Origin: the human T2T-CHM13v2.0 reference genome, Homo sapiens
Assembly: GCF_009914755.1 (NCBI RefSeq)
Contig: NC_060935.1
Length of the DNA: 64,000 bases
Reading direction: 5' to 3' (one strand)
Positions 63,096 to 64,000 of the stretch are shown in pieces. The notes beneath the pieces were generated by a model. It made no database searches. It had not been told where the DNA came from and worked only from the letters and a program-made list of their open reading frames with translations. Numbering within the stretch: the stretch's first letter is position 1; each line of letters starts with the position of its first letter. A program made the translations under genes and the position numbers.

Positions 63096-64000
63096 CAGTA
63101 AGTTTTTTTTCACTTGGGTGCAAAATAATCAAATAGACTGCAATTAAAGTATGTCAAGGTCTGCCTAAAGCAAATCTCTCAAGTTAAAATGAAATAAAAG
63201 AAATTTATAAGAACATTCATTCCCTACATTTCCTTGTGTGTCTATTAACTGTAGGGCACTGAGTTAGGTGCTTGGGAAGAAAAGGGAGGAACATGCTGTC
63301 AAGTACCACCCACTCTAAGGGGAAATGAATGAGGCGATGACTATTAGACAAGGTTGGAGTACTAATAACACTCTAGGAAGGAAAACCAAAAAAAAGGACG
63401 AGAAAGAAGAGACAAATGAATGTCTTAAGAACTGCAAGCTGACCTCTTTAAGGCAGCTCCCTAATAACTGCCTGGGCTATTATTTTGTAAGGATGTGGAA
63501 ATAAATAGTACTAGACCTCTCTATTTTTGAGGCGGTTCACACAGTTTATATCTTCCACATATTTCCTTCATGTGAATAGCATAAAAAATGGCATTCCCAC
63601 AATCACCTTAAGCAACATGCCTCCATCACATGGGCCCTTTGTAGGAGAAATTACAGGGGAGAAAAAACACTTTTCTAAAGTAGGTAATCTCACCGTTAAC
63701 AGATAATACAGTGGGAACTCCTGCGAGGGGATAAGAAAAGGAGCAGAGCACAAAGGCTACAGTATTTCAAGTAATTCGAATAGTTGTGTTAAAATGGAAA
63801 TCACATAAATATTAGACTTGTGCTTTTCCGGGTAAAGCCTCTGCAGACCAAATTGCCAACAGGAATGAATTTTAATGACTAGTTTATAACCTCTGAGATG
63901 CTTGAAAATCTAACACAGTTGTAGTTAAAATGTAATACTATTATAGCATCAGTGCAATTAAGAATTCTGCAGGGAACATTCCCTGCTGGAAAATTTAAGT

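Overview
Primate (very likely human) euchromatic, AT-rich non-coding DNA: either a large intron or an intergenic interval. I cannot support any protein-coding exon, RNA gene, CpG island or CRISPR array, and I cannot name the host gene. All ORFs in the track are short (<=134 aa) and look like chance ORFs or repeat translations. The window is dense in old repeats (MIR, L2, L3/CR1, L1M). It also holds MaLR/ERVL/ERV1 solo LTRs (MLT1B/C/F, MST, THE1C, MLT2, LTR16C, LTR33, MER77, MER4E), DNA-transposon relics (Tigger3a, MER5, MADE1, a hAT relic), six Alus plus one FLAM, and two truncated L1 3' ends. Subfamily names come from my recollection of consensus sequences and need RepeatMasker/Dfam confirmation. 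Boundaries of old repeats are approximate. I found no convincing new biological system. The most notable local structures are: (1) a triple-copy fold-back rearrangement at the end of an MLT2 LTR (58.6-58.9 kb); (2) a MADE1 (miR-548-type) hairpin whose two arms share the same substitutions (49.9 kb); (3) a THE1C LTR whose DUX4-type motif has become an AP-1 site; (4) ancient RT-motif relics at 31.3-32.2 kb; (5) a few candidate cryptic exons and regulatory elements.
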